From: Eledone cirrhosa
Taxonomy: Eukaryota
Length of the DNA: 64,000 bases
Assembly (NCBI GenBank): GCA_964016885.1
Contig: OZ024756.1
Coordinates: 15,562,001-15,626,000 of the forward strand
Direction: 5' to 3'
Positions 25,431 to 40,400 of this stretch are shown here, one piece after another. Numbering within the stretch: the stretch's first letter is position 1; each line of letters opens with the position of its first letter. A program made the position numbers and the translations under genes. The notes under the pieces were generated by a model. The model saw only the letters and a list, made by a program, of their open reading frames with translations. It did not search any database and was not told where the DNA came from.

Positions 25431-26749
25431 AGGAAGATATATATATTGATTTCCACCGGTTTATAGTGGAGCCAGTAACATTGTTAAAACTCAATGCGGC
25501 CTTGAAGAGATGCTTTCAACGTGATTAGGCGGTGTGTCCTATAGTTTTTGTAGTAGGCTCTCATCGCATAAAGTTCCCTCAAAGATTCTGCTCAAGCTAG
25601 TCATTTATATACACATCCAAGCTGTGCCCAAAAAATGTATACACACTTCAACAGCATTCTGATGAATATTGCCTGTACAGGTAATCAAAGTGTGTATACA
25701 TCCTGGGAGGAAGCCCTGTATATGTGTGTATGTGTGTGTGTGTGTATTCAACAATAAAAATAAAACAAAAAACGACGATACATTCTTAATTACTTCATTG
25801 TTTTACGGCCGTTTCAGATGGTTAATTCATTATGGTAGATCGATATATCGACTAGCAGGTAGTGGTTATGTCCCTACCTATTTTCGGTCTCGAAATTCCT
25901 AATCTATGGCACGGTCTTCCTCAGAAATAATATTCTAAAACATATCAATTATCATGTATACATTACGTTGCCTCCAGATGTGTTGCACGAAACTAAAAAA
26001 ACTAACAATAGAAATGGCATATATCCAACCTTAAGAATTCCTTTGATATAGAAAACTCCACCACAATATTCTAAAATACACAGCTTCTTCACATAACCAC
26101 TCAACCAACAAGTTAAAACATGTTTTTACTAACAGATGTAAATAAAACGATAGCAATTTAAATAAAAAGACACTAATTTAATGCAAATTACAACTTACTG
26201 ATGAGTTTTTGTTCTATTTTCTCCCTCAAATGATAAATTAACGGAACTTAAAAATCAATCTTATCGAACTAAACAACTGTTATATATAGAGAGTGAGAGA
26301 AAGGGTGAGAAATATTTTAAATGTAGTGATTTCGGGCGCGATCAAGTTTGATTGAAGAAAACAGTAGCTACAAAAGCTGGAATGTGAAAGCTGAAAAAAG
26401 GGTAAACGAAAAGATACTAAGTGAAAAAATATTTGATAATATCCAATACCGTTTTAAAATAACTAAGAGCACAGAATTAAAGAACATTTGGGGCCCCACA
26501 GCATCTACTCGCAAGAAGCTTAATGAAACTTTTTTTTTTTAGACTATATCGTTTCTGAAATGGAAATAAAAGAGAAAAAATCATGGTCATTCCGTCTTTT
26601 CAGATATATTTAGAACTAACATTATGAAGTGATAAAGTATATAATTTTACGAAGCTGTTCATACCAAAACGAAACACTATTAATGGGAACAATAAAAGGA
26701 AATGAAAAGAAGAAGAAAAAGAACGAAGCAACGGGAAGAGGAGACGGAC

Positions 26750-27190
26750 ACTACGCCCCAGTCAGAGCGGTGCTTCAGCCGTGCCCCGTGGACAAAATGG
26801 CAAAGGCATTACCGCGGAGAATGGCCAGAGACACCTGTTGCAACAACTACCACACCTCATAAGGTTCCTTCCTCAAGCGGGCTGCCGTCTTTCCGACTTT
26901 ACGGAGGAAATCAGCAGTATGGAGTACCAAGGACGCCAGAGGTCCCAGCGGAGACTGGTACAAAGAGGAAACGGTCCATCAGACCTCGCTATTTAACTGT
27001 CTTCCTCTCTTCCGCATTGTAGGGAACAGAGTCCAGGTTTGTGGCCGAAGCGACAAGGCTGGAGGCGGAGAATGAGCGTTGCATGTGACTCGAAAGGGAA
27101 GATGGTTAATTTGTCGAGGCACTTGCCATCGCCACGTCGAGGCCAGCCGGTTCCAATTGTGAAAGGAAACCGGCTGCATCAAGATGCAAC
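26750..27190 (-). mobile_element. CRE-like non-LTR retrotransposon remnant (restriction-like endonuclease C-terminus)
   Basis: Disrupted translation DGKCLDKLTIFPF..AEERK..LFVPV..SGVLG..LLQQVSLAILRGNAFAI; related copies at ~30600-30900 and 62085-62260. Confidence 0.65.
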
Positions 27191-27716
27191 ATCTGATGAT
27201 GTTATTCCTATCTTATGTGTCTTTTTTTTAAGACGATTATAATTTTCACAATGACAAGGACCATACCAGAGGATCCCCCTCACACACATACAAAACAACC
27301 ATCACCAGACATTCGAATCCAGGTCAACCCCTATCTGAGTAACATCATCGATGTCCTGTACAAATAGAGCAGGTCTAAGCAGGTAACCTTGTTGGACTCA
27401 TGAGGCAGCAGATAGAATGAATTAGTCAACAAAGGAGATATAGGAGTGAAGGGGGTTTCCGATAAGCCTGCCAAGCAAGGTGGTAGAGGGAAAGGGGGCA
27501 GAGGGAGATAGGAAGGGATGAGGAGAAGAAGAAGAAGAAGAAGTTGTTGTTGTTTGCTGCAAGATAGTTCCACTTGAATTTTAAATTGTTTAGGTATAAG
27601 ACAGTGACATCAAAAGAGCAGCGTAGTAAAAAAAATGAATTGATTTAGTCACGCTGTATTAATAATTATAATAGAGGTGACATATGTAATAACGACACCG
27701 GTTTAGTCTAGACAGC

Positions 27717-27809
27717 ATGGCAGCCGTACCTGCAACACATGGTTCTGGTGAACCTTGTCCTACAGAATCATCGTCCGCTGGAATTAAAGTCGGATCCAGG
27801 AAAAGTCAA
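27717..27809 (+). CDS. HMBS: HMBS exon 1 ([31 protein letters not shown])
   Basis: ATG at 27717, IKVGSRKSQ motif, donor GTAAGA at 27810, phase 0. Confidence 0.9.
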
Positions 27810-30800
27810 GTAAGAAACATTCTTCTTTCATTTTTTTTTCTATTAATAGAAATGATCGTCGACCTTGAATTATTCTTCTTGTGTTTTTTTTTACTTCATT
27901 ATTTCACTTTGCCGGTTGACATAACTTTCAAAATAGAATATTTTAAGCTCAATTATATTGTGAAAATAAGTTTAATTTAAGAAAAAAGATTAAATTGAGG
28001 GAATAATAAACGAAGACAAAAAAGAAGTAGATGTAAATCGTGTACACTCAATCACACCCTGCAATAAGGGGGCGGTGGTGTTTCTCACGTTATTTTTCAC
28101 TCGCTTTTCCGTCAAATTTAACGAAAGGAAAGATTATTTTGCAACATAAAATTGCGATAAAGATCTATAAAATACAATCTTAATGTGTATTGATTTCTTT
28201 CTTTTGCATTCGTTGGCTGATATAGAAATTTATTTCGGCCCGGCTTAAACATAAGACGAGTTTTTAAAGTTTGTGTTTATAAATAATCAGTGATGGCACG
28301 GGGATCGCTAGATCGATATTTTATCAATCACCTAGGAACAAAAAGTCAAGTTTGTTCCCAGTGTTGATTGAACCCAATAAAAACGAAACAAAACTATATT
28401 TTCTTTATATCTTTTGATAATTATTTACATTTCGAATTCAAAACAAATAGATCGAATTAAGTTTCCGCAACCGATTTATTAAACGAATATATACATATAT
28501 ATATAATTTTTTTACTTTATTTATTTATTTATTTATTTAACCTAAAATTTAAATAGCAGGCCATAAGAATTAAACTTGTTTATTTCATTTTGGAAAATAT
28601 ATTTCTCTATTTTTCTATACTTGTTGGTGTTTGATGTTAAAAACTCAACGATTGTTGTGTTGTTTCGTTTCGTGTTGTGTTCTGTGGTGGTGTTTAGTGT
28701 TGTAGTGATGGTGTTCTTAGTATGTGGTGTGATGGTAGTAGCACTAGTGTTCTGAGGTGTTGCAGCAGTGCCGGTTTTACCATTGTGCTTAGGTGTGCTT
28801 AAGCACAGGGCCCAGTTGGCCAGAGGAACCCATCTTACTGAGCATGTCATCATCATCATTCGTCGACTACTGTCGAGATGATGGATCTCACTCTCATGCC
28901 CCAGAATTCCCTGTCCCCCATCGCTGCCCCAGGTCCTGTCTACTGATTCCCGTATCCCTAGAGATAACGTCAGGGAATGACAGCCTCCTACTCCTAGTCA
29001 GGCTGGAGTCAGGGTTCCAGAGCAAGAGAGCGGATATGATTTCATTGCTGGCACGGTGACAGTGGCCAGCAAATTGAGCTCTCCGGGATTTTAGAAGGGC
29101 AGAGGCTCGAGGGAGTTTGCCATAGATTTTAGACAAGGGGATGTCATTTCCAGGATAGGTTTTGCACTCTCATTAAGAGGCGGGTATATGTGCCATCCAC
29201 TCTCCTCTCAAGTTGTGATGTTAGTGTCCAAGTTTCGGATCCATAAAGTAATATGGGCTTAATGGTTGCTTGGAATATCTCCAGTTTTAGCTCCTTCGGG
29301 GCCCAAGTAAGGGGTCTCATAACTTAGACACAGGGCCTCATTTGTCCTAAATCCGGCATTGTGTTACGATAGTGTTCTGGGGGTGTTGTGATAGTAGTAG
29401 TTGTCTTAGGTATAGTAGTAGGGTTCTCGTGGTGCGGTGATAGTAGTAGTGTTGTACTGTTCTGTTGTGTCGCAAACATTAATGCCTGCCTATACTTCTC
29501 TAACTTTTCATGTCATCTTTATCACTAGACCCTCCCATTTTTAACAGGGGGTACCCCTTTATCAATAGACCTTCCCATTTTTAACAGGGGTCCCCCTTCA
29601 TCTATGTCACTAGACCCTCCCATTCTTAACAAGGGTCCCCCTTCATCTATGTCACTAGACCCTCCCATTCTTAACAGGGGTCCCCCTTCATCTGTCACTA
29701 GACCTTTCCATTTTTTTTTTTCTGAACTGCTAAGTTTAGAGACATAAACAAACAATAAAGGTAAACTCACACATATATGTATATATGGACCCGTGACTCC
29801 TGATGGAGTCATAGGGGTGTGGAAGTAACATATGGCATGTCTTGGGCATTTTAAACCTGGTAGAACCCCTTCTTCACTTTTTCAATTAATTAATAAAAAA
29901 AACGAGGGATTTATTAAAATTATTAATTGTTTCATTACTAAGATAATAACTTGATATATGGTTCTTACATAAAATTATGTTAGAAGATTTTAATTTCAAT
30001 AAGAACCTTTTTAAAACGGTTGGGTTTTGTGTCATAGAACCAGTCCTTTTTGGCCAGATTGGTATCAAAAGGATTAACCCTTTGTGTTGTCATATTTATA
30101 ATGAAATACACTGTCTGGAAATACACTATGGAGGCACATGGCTTAGTGGTTAGTGCATTGGCCTTGCAATCGAAAGGTTGTGAGTTCAATTCTCAGACCG
30201 GGTGATGTGTTGTTTCCTTGAGCAAGACACTTTATTTCACATTGTTCCAGTTTACTCAGCTGTAGCAATGAGATGATAGGGACTGGGGTCCATATCATTC
30301 CACTGCAAAGTGGTTGTGTAGGTGCCACAGCAAAAAAGCACCCAGCACTCACTGTAAATGAGGTTGGTGTTAGGAAGGGCATCCAGCTGTAGAAATCAAG
30401 CGAGAATCAGTTCCCGTCCCACCCTTGCAAGCAGGGAAAAGCGGACGTAAAATGAAATGATGATGATGTCTGTGTTTATCAATGGTATGATAATTTACAG
30501 AGATATGTAAGGTGAGAAATACACTGTTTGTGTTTATCAATGGTATGATAATTTACAGATATGTAGAGTGAGAAAGAGTACTCTGACATCACTACTCCAG
30601 TGATACAAACCCAGATGATGTAGAGGAGAATGCACTCTAGCATGCAGAATCCCACGCATAAGCTACCTCATGGTCTCAGCAGACAGAATGGAGAAAGCAT
30701 TGCTCCAGAAGATGGCAAAAGAGACACATTGGTATAGCCATTCCAACTTATGGGGCCCATTCCTGCAAGTGTCCAACCCTACCTTGATAGTAGTGAGTAA

Positions 30801-31881
30801 GGAGGTTGTCTGCGGACCAATAACGCCGGAAGTCTCCGCAGCTACATGTTCAACAACAAACCTGTCAGAGTGTTACCATTAATTCATCAGTTTATGCTCT
30901 TCAGGTTGTCTTGCAATGAAGCCTGGGTTTATTGCTGATGGTACCAGATTGAAGAATTTAATTAAATACCAAGCCTTTCATTTCCTAAAAGAGGCACATG
31001 GCTTAGTGGCTAGAGCTTTGGCCTTGCAATCGAAAGGTTGTGAGTTCAATTCTCAGACCGGGTGATGTGTTGTTTCCTTGAGCAAAACACTTTATTTCAC
31101 ATTGCTCCAGTTTACACAGCTGTAGAAATGAGATGATAGGACTTGGGTCCCTATTATTCCACTGCAAAGTGGTTGTGGAGGTGCCACAGCAAAAATGCAC
31201 CCAGCCCACACTGTAAAGTGGTCGTGGAGGTGCCATGGAAAAAAAGCACCCAGCACTCACTGTAAATTAGGTTGGTGTTGGGAAGGGCATCCAGCTGTAG
31301 AAATCAAGCCAGAATCAGTTCTCGTCCCACCCTTGCAAGCAGGGAAAAGCGGACGTAAAATGATGATGATGATATTTGAAATATTACTTGCTTCAATAAA
31401 ATTACGATGGAAAGGTGTAATATAAGTATGAACAATTTAAAAGGAGCAGCTGTGTATGATAAAACCAGCTGGGAACGGGTCAGGTAGGTTGGGATCAAAA
31501 GGGTTAAGGCAATTTGCTGAAAGAATCTCCTACAGTTGTTGACCTTGCAGTGTGACCTCCTCAAAGGTTAGTCTGTGACAGTCAGGTTCATCTTCCCTGA
31601 CAATTAGAAATACTTTAAACATATATACACCCAGTCTACTTAATCTCTCTGTAGAATTATTTATTTATGCAGTTTGTGTTATGTGTGAGTGTTTGTGTGT
31701 GTATATATATATATGCATGTGTGTGTGTATGTATGTAAGTGTGTGTGTGTATATATATTGACATTTCATGTGCTGGTATCGGAGCTCACTGGTTGTCATA
31801 TTTAAATTCTCTCTCTCTCTCTCTCATATGTATATATATATGTTCAATCCATGACAGCATGGAAAATAAGAGTAATATATA

Positions 31882-31914
<33 letters not shown>

Positions 31915-32306
31915 GTCTATATATGTGATATGTGTGTGTTTGTGTATATATATGTGTGTCTATATTTGTGTGTGTATGTATATATATATCTGTGGACTCA
32001 AGAACCTGTCTTTTGCTTTTCATGCTAATTAAATGTGTCCAATCAATTAACAAAATATGTAATTAGTCGTGTAGTAAATTTAAAAAACAGTTCCTTTACA
32101 TATTTACAATATACAGTGAATGCTTCAATAAAAACCATCTCTCAGCATATATGTAGGTGTATATATATAAATTTTATTTTTTGTTATATTTTATTTTATT
32201 TTTATATATTGTTATTGCCTCCTCCTTATTGAGGACGCCTTGTTTTGTAAACTCCCCCCATTGTACTTGTCCCACTTTTGATGCCCTGGTGGCAAATAAA
32301 AGAAAC

Positions 32307-32343
<37 letters not shown>

Positions 32344-34456
32344 AGTGTATATATATTGTGTGTGTATGTATATATCAACAGTTGATCGACAAGATCCCAG
32401 ACCTCATTCACTTAATGAATGGGGTGGAGCTTGTCAAATCGGACTGAGGAAACAATGTTTCCATTGGTCTTTCCAATTCCTAATACTATGTTGATCGAAA
32501 ATCCAGTCAGAAGGAGCAACGTAAAATAAAGTGTCTTGCTCAAGGACATATTGCATCGCACAGTCTGAGAATCAAAATCTCAACCCCACGATTGCGAATA
32601 CAATGGAGTTTATGCTTGCTCTTTTTCTGCATATTGAGCATGGCCACTTCCCTGAGGGAATCTGGGTCCTATTTTATCTCCTACTCACTAGCACTTTAGT
32701 TTTGGCTAAGTTTACTCTCAGACCTTTTCAGTGTCCATAATAGCAATTTATTTTCTAGCTCTTTTATGGTTTCAGCTATAAGGACCAAATCATCTGCATA
32801 GAGAAGTTCTCGTGGCCTGAAGAACTATAATTAACAGCAGTGGGCTAAGAACTGAACTTTGATAAACTCCTACCTATACCTTAAATTTCTCGCTAAACTC
32901 ATTTCCTACTCTCACTATACTGACAGTTCCTCTGTACATAGCTTGCACTGCTCTTACAGGCCATTTTTTTATATAATTTCCTTAAGGACCATCAGATAAT
33001 AGATCGAGGTACTCTGTCAAAGGCCTCGAAATCAACAAAAGCTAAATATAGTGGCTTATTTTTGGCTAAGAACTTCTCATAGAGTTGCTTCATTAAGAAG
33101 GGGGCATCAGAAGTACTTTTCCCAGGCATGAAACCAAACTGCATCTCATCTATTTTGACTCTTTCCCTAATTAGCTGCACTATAACTCTTTCTGTCACTT
33201 TCATAACTTGGTCCATTAGTTTTATTCTTCTATAGTTGCTCCTTTCTAGGGCATCACCTTTTACCTTGTAGCAATTTATGATTGTTCTGCTGTGCCAGTC
33301 ATTTGGTATGACTCTGTCTTGTATTACTTGATTTATTATACACCTACCTCTCCCCAATGCTTTTAGCATCTCAGCAACTGTTTCTGATGGTCCTGCATCT
33401 TTACCCATCTTCATCTCTTTGGGTAAGTTGTGGGGGTAGTTTCCCTTCTTCCCATTCATTCTCTACATTCATCAATCTCTCATAGTAACATTTCCGGGCC
33501 TCTTTCTTTTGGACATCAGTGCACCATTTCTAACACATTTCTCCCCAACAACAGCTTGATTCACACTAATACGCTGCCTTGCAATACACACATACACACA
33601 CTCACACACATATATATATCGAATAAAAAGCAAGTAAACCAATCAAGAGGAGAAATAGGTGGTTAGTTATGCAGATTGTGAGCATTTTATTTATGATGTA
33701 TATATATATGTATGTATATATATATATATTAACAGGTAGGGAGAAATACGTATGCATTAGCTGTACAGGGAAATTAGACAGTAGAAGTCGCATTGATAGA
33801 CACATTTTTCAAATGCAGGTGGGTACTGTAGAAGTGGTGGATAGCTTCCGGTACCTAGGAGATCAGATTAGCATGGGAGGGGGGTGTTCCGAGGCCATAG
33901 TATCTAGAATAACGATGGGTTGGAAGAAGTTTAGGGAGCTGCTTCCTCTGCTGACGAAGAAGGGTTTCTCCCTGCGTACGAAAGGCCGGTTATATGATGC
34001 CTGTGTGAGGAGCGCGATGCTGCATGGTAGTGAGACATGGGCGGCAACTGCAGAGGATATGCAATGGCTGGAGAGAAATGAGGCAAGCATGCTCCGCTGG
34101 ATGTGCAATGTCAATGTGCGTGAACAACCCAGCATGAATGTGTTGAGAGAGAAACTGTGTTTGAGAGGGATAGAATGTAGTGTGCGAGAGAGGAGACTGA
34201 GGTGGTATGGACATGTGATACGCATGGAGGATGACCGATGGGTTAAGAAGTGCCAAGTAATGCCAGTTGAAGGAAGATGTGGTAGAAGTAGACCACGAAA
34301 AACATGGGCGGAGGTGGTGAGAACAGACCTCAGATCGCTGAAGCTCACAGTGGAGATGATGAAGGACCGTGACAAGTGGAGAGATGCTGTGCTGAATAAG
34401 ACCTGTCCCACCCTTGCAAGCAGGGAAAAGCGGACATAAAATGATGATGATGATGA

Positions 34457-34494
<38 letters not shown>

Positions 34495-37400
34495 AGTTCT
34501 AAACAATTTGATTTAATTATATCATATTTTTACAATTTAGTTTTGTAGATCTAGTAAGTTCTTTGTTAACTTTGGTAGGAAGATTTTTAAAGATTCCTGG
34601 TTAACTTTCCTGGAGAACTTTCTCGCATTCATCTGTGGCGATTGTCAAAACTAAATTGTAAAATTATAATACAAAATTAAATCAAATTGTTTAGAACTAA
34701 AAGTGAAGTCATTCTTTTCCTTTTTTCAAATATACCTAACTGTACCAAGGATTTCACACATTTTCCAATATATATATATATATATATCATCATCATCATT
34801 TTGCGTCCGCTTTTACCTGCTTGCAAGGGTTGGATGGGTCCTATTCAGCACAGCATCTCTCCACTTGTCACAGTCCTTCGTCATCTCCTCGGTGAGTTTC
34901 AGCGATCTGAGGTCTGCTCTCATCACCTCCGCCCATATTTTTCGTGGTCTACCTCTACTGCGTCTTCCCTCCACTGCGATTTCCTGGCACTTCTTCACCC
35001 AGCGGTCATCCTCTATGCACATCACATGTCCATACCATCTCAACTCGAGTGTATTATATGTATATATGTATGTGAGTGTGTGTATTTATATATATTCTAT
35101 GTGTATGTTATAGGTCTATACATGTGTGTGTGTATATATATATAAATAAATATATATATATATTTGATTAAAAGGCGCATGGCTTAGTGGTTAGAGAATT
35201 GGGCTTGCAATCGGGAGGTTGTGAGTTCAATTCTCGAACCGGGTGATGCGTTGTGTCCTTGAGCAAGACACTTTATTTCACGTTGCTCCAGTTTACTCAG
35301 CTGTAGAAATGAGTTGTGACGCCACTGGTGCCAAGCTGTATCGGCCATTGCCTTTCCCTTGGACAACATCGGTGGCGTGGAGAGGGGAGGCTGGTATGCA
35401 TGGGCGACTGCTGGTCTTCCACAAAACAAACCTTGCCCAGGCTTGTGCCTCAGAGGGCAACTTTCTAGGTGCAAAACCATGGTCCTTCCTGACCGAGTGG
35501 GGCCTATGTATGTATATTTGATTAGTAATGAAAGAGTTTGCCATTTCTGCACATGCACATTTTTCATTTAGAACAGAGGTTCTCAAAGTGGTCGCTGGGG
35601 CATAAGAGGGCGGTGGGGGTCGTTAGAGATGATATAACAGTATATTAAATATCAAATGATACATATATAATATTTATACATAGTACATATTATATTATTT
35701 ATCATATGATATAGTTACGTCCCTTTACGGTCTGAGTTCAAATCCCGCCAATATTAACTTTGCCTTTCATCCTTACAGGGTCCATAAAATAAAGTACCAG
35801 TAATACACTGGTAATTGCTGGCCTTGTGCCAAAAGTAGAAACAATTATTTATCATATAATATTTACAATTTGCATGTAGGCAGGTCTCTCTGCAAATAGG
35901 GGTGGGGGTTGGGGGGATGCTGAGGGTATCAGTGGCCTTGAGGGGTGCGGTGACCTAAAATGTTTGAGAAACTCAGGTTTAGAATATAATGCTGAGCTCA
36001 GTAGCAAGACTTACCTATAGTTGACAAATGACTAGCCCCACATGACCATAGCCTACATAAGCTGTCATTACTACACCACCACCACCACCTAGCAAAGATG
36101 CCCTGCCTCCCAACAGCTCACTGACTGACTGCTAACCTTGATGTTGCCATTTACTGACATAATTATTTGAATAGATATATACAGGGTGTGTGTGTGGTGT
36201 GTGTGTGTCCCAAATGTATACACACTTTGATTACCTGTACAAGCAATATTTATTAGAATGGTGTTTACATTTTTGGAGACACCTATATATATATACACAC
36301 ATCTGTGTGTATATATATATATATTGAGTGTGTATGTATAATAAATATAAATATATAAAAGCAGTCTATTGTATTTTGTTCTGTAACAATAAGCTGTACC
36401 AGTTGACTAGCTGGGTGGGTAGGTGGCTGGCTGGCTGGCTGGCCGGCTGGGTGGTTAATACTGGCTGACTGGATAGGTAGGTGGCTGGCTAACTGGGTAG
36501 TTAATAGCTGGCTGACTGACTGGGTAGGTAGGTAGGTGGCTGACTGGTTAGGTATGTGGCTGGCTAACTGGGTAGGTAGGTGGCTGGCTGACTGGGTAGG
36601 TAGGTATGTGGCTGGCTGACTGGGTTGATAGGTAGGTGGCTGGCTGACTGGGTAGGTAGGTAGGTGGGTGGCTGGATAGGTAGTTGGCTGGCTGACTGGG
36701 TAGGTAGGTAGGTAGGTGTCTGGCTGACTGGGTAGGTAGGTGGGTGGCTGGATAGGTAGGTGGCTGGCTGACTGGGTAGGTAGGTAGGTAGGTGGCTGGA
36801 TAGGTAGGTGGCTGGCTGACTGGGTAGGTAGGTAGGTAGGTGGCTGGATAGGTAGTTGGCTGGCTGACTGGGTAGGTAGGTAGGTAGGTGGCTGGATAGG
36901 TAGTTGGCTGGCTGACTGGGTAGGTAGGTGTCTGGCTGACTGGGTAGGTAGGTGGGTGGCTGGATAGGTAGGTGGCTGGCTGACTGGGTAGGTAGGTGGG
37001 TGGCTGGATAGGTAGGTGGCTGGCTGACTGGGTAGGAAGGTAGGTGGGTGGCTGGATAGGTAGTTGGCTGGCTGACTGGGTAGGTAGGTAGGTAGGTGTC
37101 TGGCTGACTGGGTAGGTAGGTGGGTGGCTGGATAGGTAGGTGGCTGGCTGACTGGGTAGGTAGGTAGGTGGGTGGCTGGATAGGTAGGTGGCTGGCTGAC
37201 TGGGTAGGTAGGTAGGTAGGTGGGTGGCTGGATAGGTAGGTGTCTGGCTGACTGGGTAGGTAGGTGGGTGGCTGGCTGACTGGGTAGGTAGGTGGGTGGC
37301 TGGATAGGTAGGTGGCTGGCTGACTGGGTAGGAAGGTAGGTGGGTGGCTGGATAGGTAGTTGGCTGGCTGACTGGGTATGTAGGTAGGTAGGTGTCTGGC

Positions 37401-40400
37401 TGACTGGGTAGGTAGGTGGGTGGCTGGATAGGTAGGTGGCTGGCTGACTGGGTAGGAAGGTAGGTGTCTGGCTGACTGGGTAGGTAGGTGGGTGGCTGGA
37501 TAGGTAGGTGGCTGGCTGACTGGGTAGGTAGGTGGCTGGCTGACTGGGTAGGTAGGTGGCTGGCTGACTGGGTAGGTGGCTGGCTGACTGGGTAGGTGGC
37601 TGGCTGACTGGGTAGGTAGGTGGCTGGCTGACTGGGTAGGTAGGGGGCTGGCTGACTGGGTGGGTGGGTGGCTGGATGGATGGATAGGTGTTAGCTGGCT
37701 GGGTAATTGTTAGCTGGCTGGATGACTGGCTGGCTGGGTAGTTGTTAGCTGGCTGGGTAGGTGGGTAATATCTGGCTAGCTAGCTGGATAGGTAGGTGGC
37801 TGACAGGTTAGGTGTTAGCTGGCTGGGTGGGTAGGTGACAGGATATGTGGCTGATATCATTACTATCAATGGTCTTGTCTCTTTGATCTTTGATTTGACT
37901 ATGACCCCCCTCCCCATATCTCAATCATTTATTTATTTATTACTGTGATGTTGTTGTTGTTGTTGTAGCTTGCCCTCATCCAAACCCAGACTGTGGTTGA
38001 TGCCCTCAAGGGAAAATGTGAAGGTGAAATCACCATTGGTAAGTTACTTCTTTCCCTACATCTCTGTAGACACAAACACATATGAGAGATAGACACATAC
38101 ATACACACACGAGAGGTAGACACATACTTACACATATATACACACACATACACATATATACACACACATACACATATATACACACTCATGCACAAGAGAT
38201 AGACACATACACACACACATATGAGAGATAGGTACACAGGCACACACATGAGAGATAGACACATACATACACACACGAGAGATAGACACATACTTACACA
38301 TATATACACACACATACACATATATACACACACATACACATATATACACACTCATGCACAAGAGATAGACACATACACACACACATATGAGAGATAGGTA
38401 CACAGGCACACACATGAGAGATAGACACATACATACACACACGAGAGGTAGACACATACTTACACATATATAGACACACATACACATATATACACACTCA
38501 TGCACAAGAGATAGACACATACACACACACATATGAGAGATAGGTACATAGGCACACACATGAGAGATAGACACATACATACACACACGAGAGATAGACA
38601 CATACTTACACATATATACACACACATACACATATATACACACTCATGCACAAGAGATAGACACAAACACACACACATATGAGAGATAAGTACATAGGCA
38701 CACACATGAGAGATAGACACATACATACACACACGAGAGATAGACACATACTTACACATATATAGACACACATACACATATATACACACTCATGCACAAG
38801 AGATAGACACATACACACACACATATGAGAGATAGGTACACAGGCACACACATGAGAGATAGACACATACATACACACACGAGAGATAGACACATACTTA
38901 CACATATATACACACACATACACATATATACACACTCATGCACAAGAGATAGACACATACACACACACATATGAGAGATAAGTACATAGGCACACACATG
39001 AGAGAGAGACACATACATACACACACGAGAGATAGACACATACTTACACATATATACACACACATACACATATATAGACACAAACACACACACACATATG
39101 AGAGATAAGTACATAGGCACACACATGAGAGATAGACACATACATACACACACGAGAGGTAGACACATACTTACACATATATAGACACACATACACATAT
39201 ATACACACTCATGCACAAGAGATAGACACAAACACACACACATATGAGAGATAGGTACACAGGCACACACATGAGAGATAGACACATACATACACACACG
39301 AGAGATAGATACATACTTACACATATATACACACACATACACATATATACACACTCATGCACAAGAGATAGACACAAACACACACACATATGAGAGATAA
39401 GTACATAGGCACACACATGAGAGATAGACACATACATACACACACGAGAGATAGACACATACTTACACATATACACACACATACACATATATACACACTT
39501 ATGCACAAGAGATAGACACAAACACACACACATATGAGAGATAGGTACATAGGCACACACATGAGAGATAGACACATACATACACACACGAGAGATAGAC
39601 ACATACTTACACATATACACACACATACACATATATACACACTTATGCACAAGAGGTAGACACATACACACACACACAAGATATAAGGTAGCTGGCTTAG
39701 TGGTAAAGGTGTTCAACCCACAACCACAATGTTGTGAGTTCAAGAGATATACACACAAACTGTGAAGCTATCGTTGATGGAGGGGGAGGGTGTGGCTCAG
39801 TTCAACAACAGGTGTTCCAGTTGTTCATACAACTGAACAGATAAGTCTGGACCTTTCAAATTGCAGGTGAACCTCACTTTCATCATCTGAGTGAGCTGGA
39901 GCAATGTGAAAGGAAGTGTCTTGCTCAAGGGCACAATGCATCACCAGAAATTGAACATTCGACCTTATGAACCAAACACCTTAACCACTCAACCATACGT
40001 CATCCTGTCCAAGAATTAAACCTTATGATCTTCGGGAGTCCCACACTCTGAAACTAAACCATGTGCCTTCACATAGATGGAACTAATATCTGCAGTCCAC
40101 CCTGTAAAGTGGTTGTGTTGGTGACACAACAAAAAGCACCCAGTCCACACTGTAAAATAGTCATGTTGGTGACACAACAAAAAACACCCAGTCCACCCTG
40201 TAAGGCGGTTGTGTTGGTGACACAAAAAAGTGCCCAGTTCACACTGTAAATGTTGTTGGTGTTAGGAAGGGCATTCAGCCGTAGAAACCAAGCCAGAATC
40301 AGTTCTGTATGGGCAAGACATGGTCATCTGATCTGATCTGATTTGTCTCACAAAAAGTCAACATGCTAGTGTGGAAAAATGAACATTAAATGGTGATAAT

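Noticed and set aside
27331-27573. 80-aa ORF with signal-peptide-like Leu run
   Set aside because: Non-ATG start, Leu run comes from a (CTT)n microsatellite, no recognisable homology
30131-30205. tRNA genes (A/B boxes at SINE heads, also 35174 and 48214)
   Set aside because: They continue into SINE bodies and are multi-copy retroposon heads, not stand-alone tRNAs
37929-39758. Multiple Cys/Val-rich ORFs
   Set aside because: Translations of CA/TA-based tandem repeats
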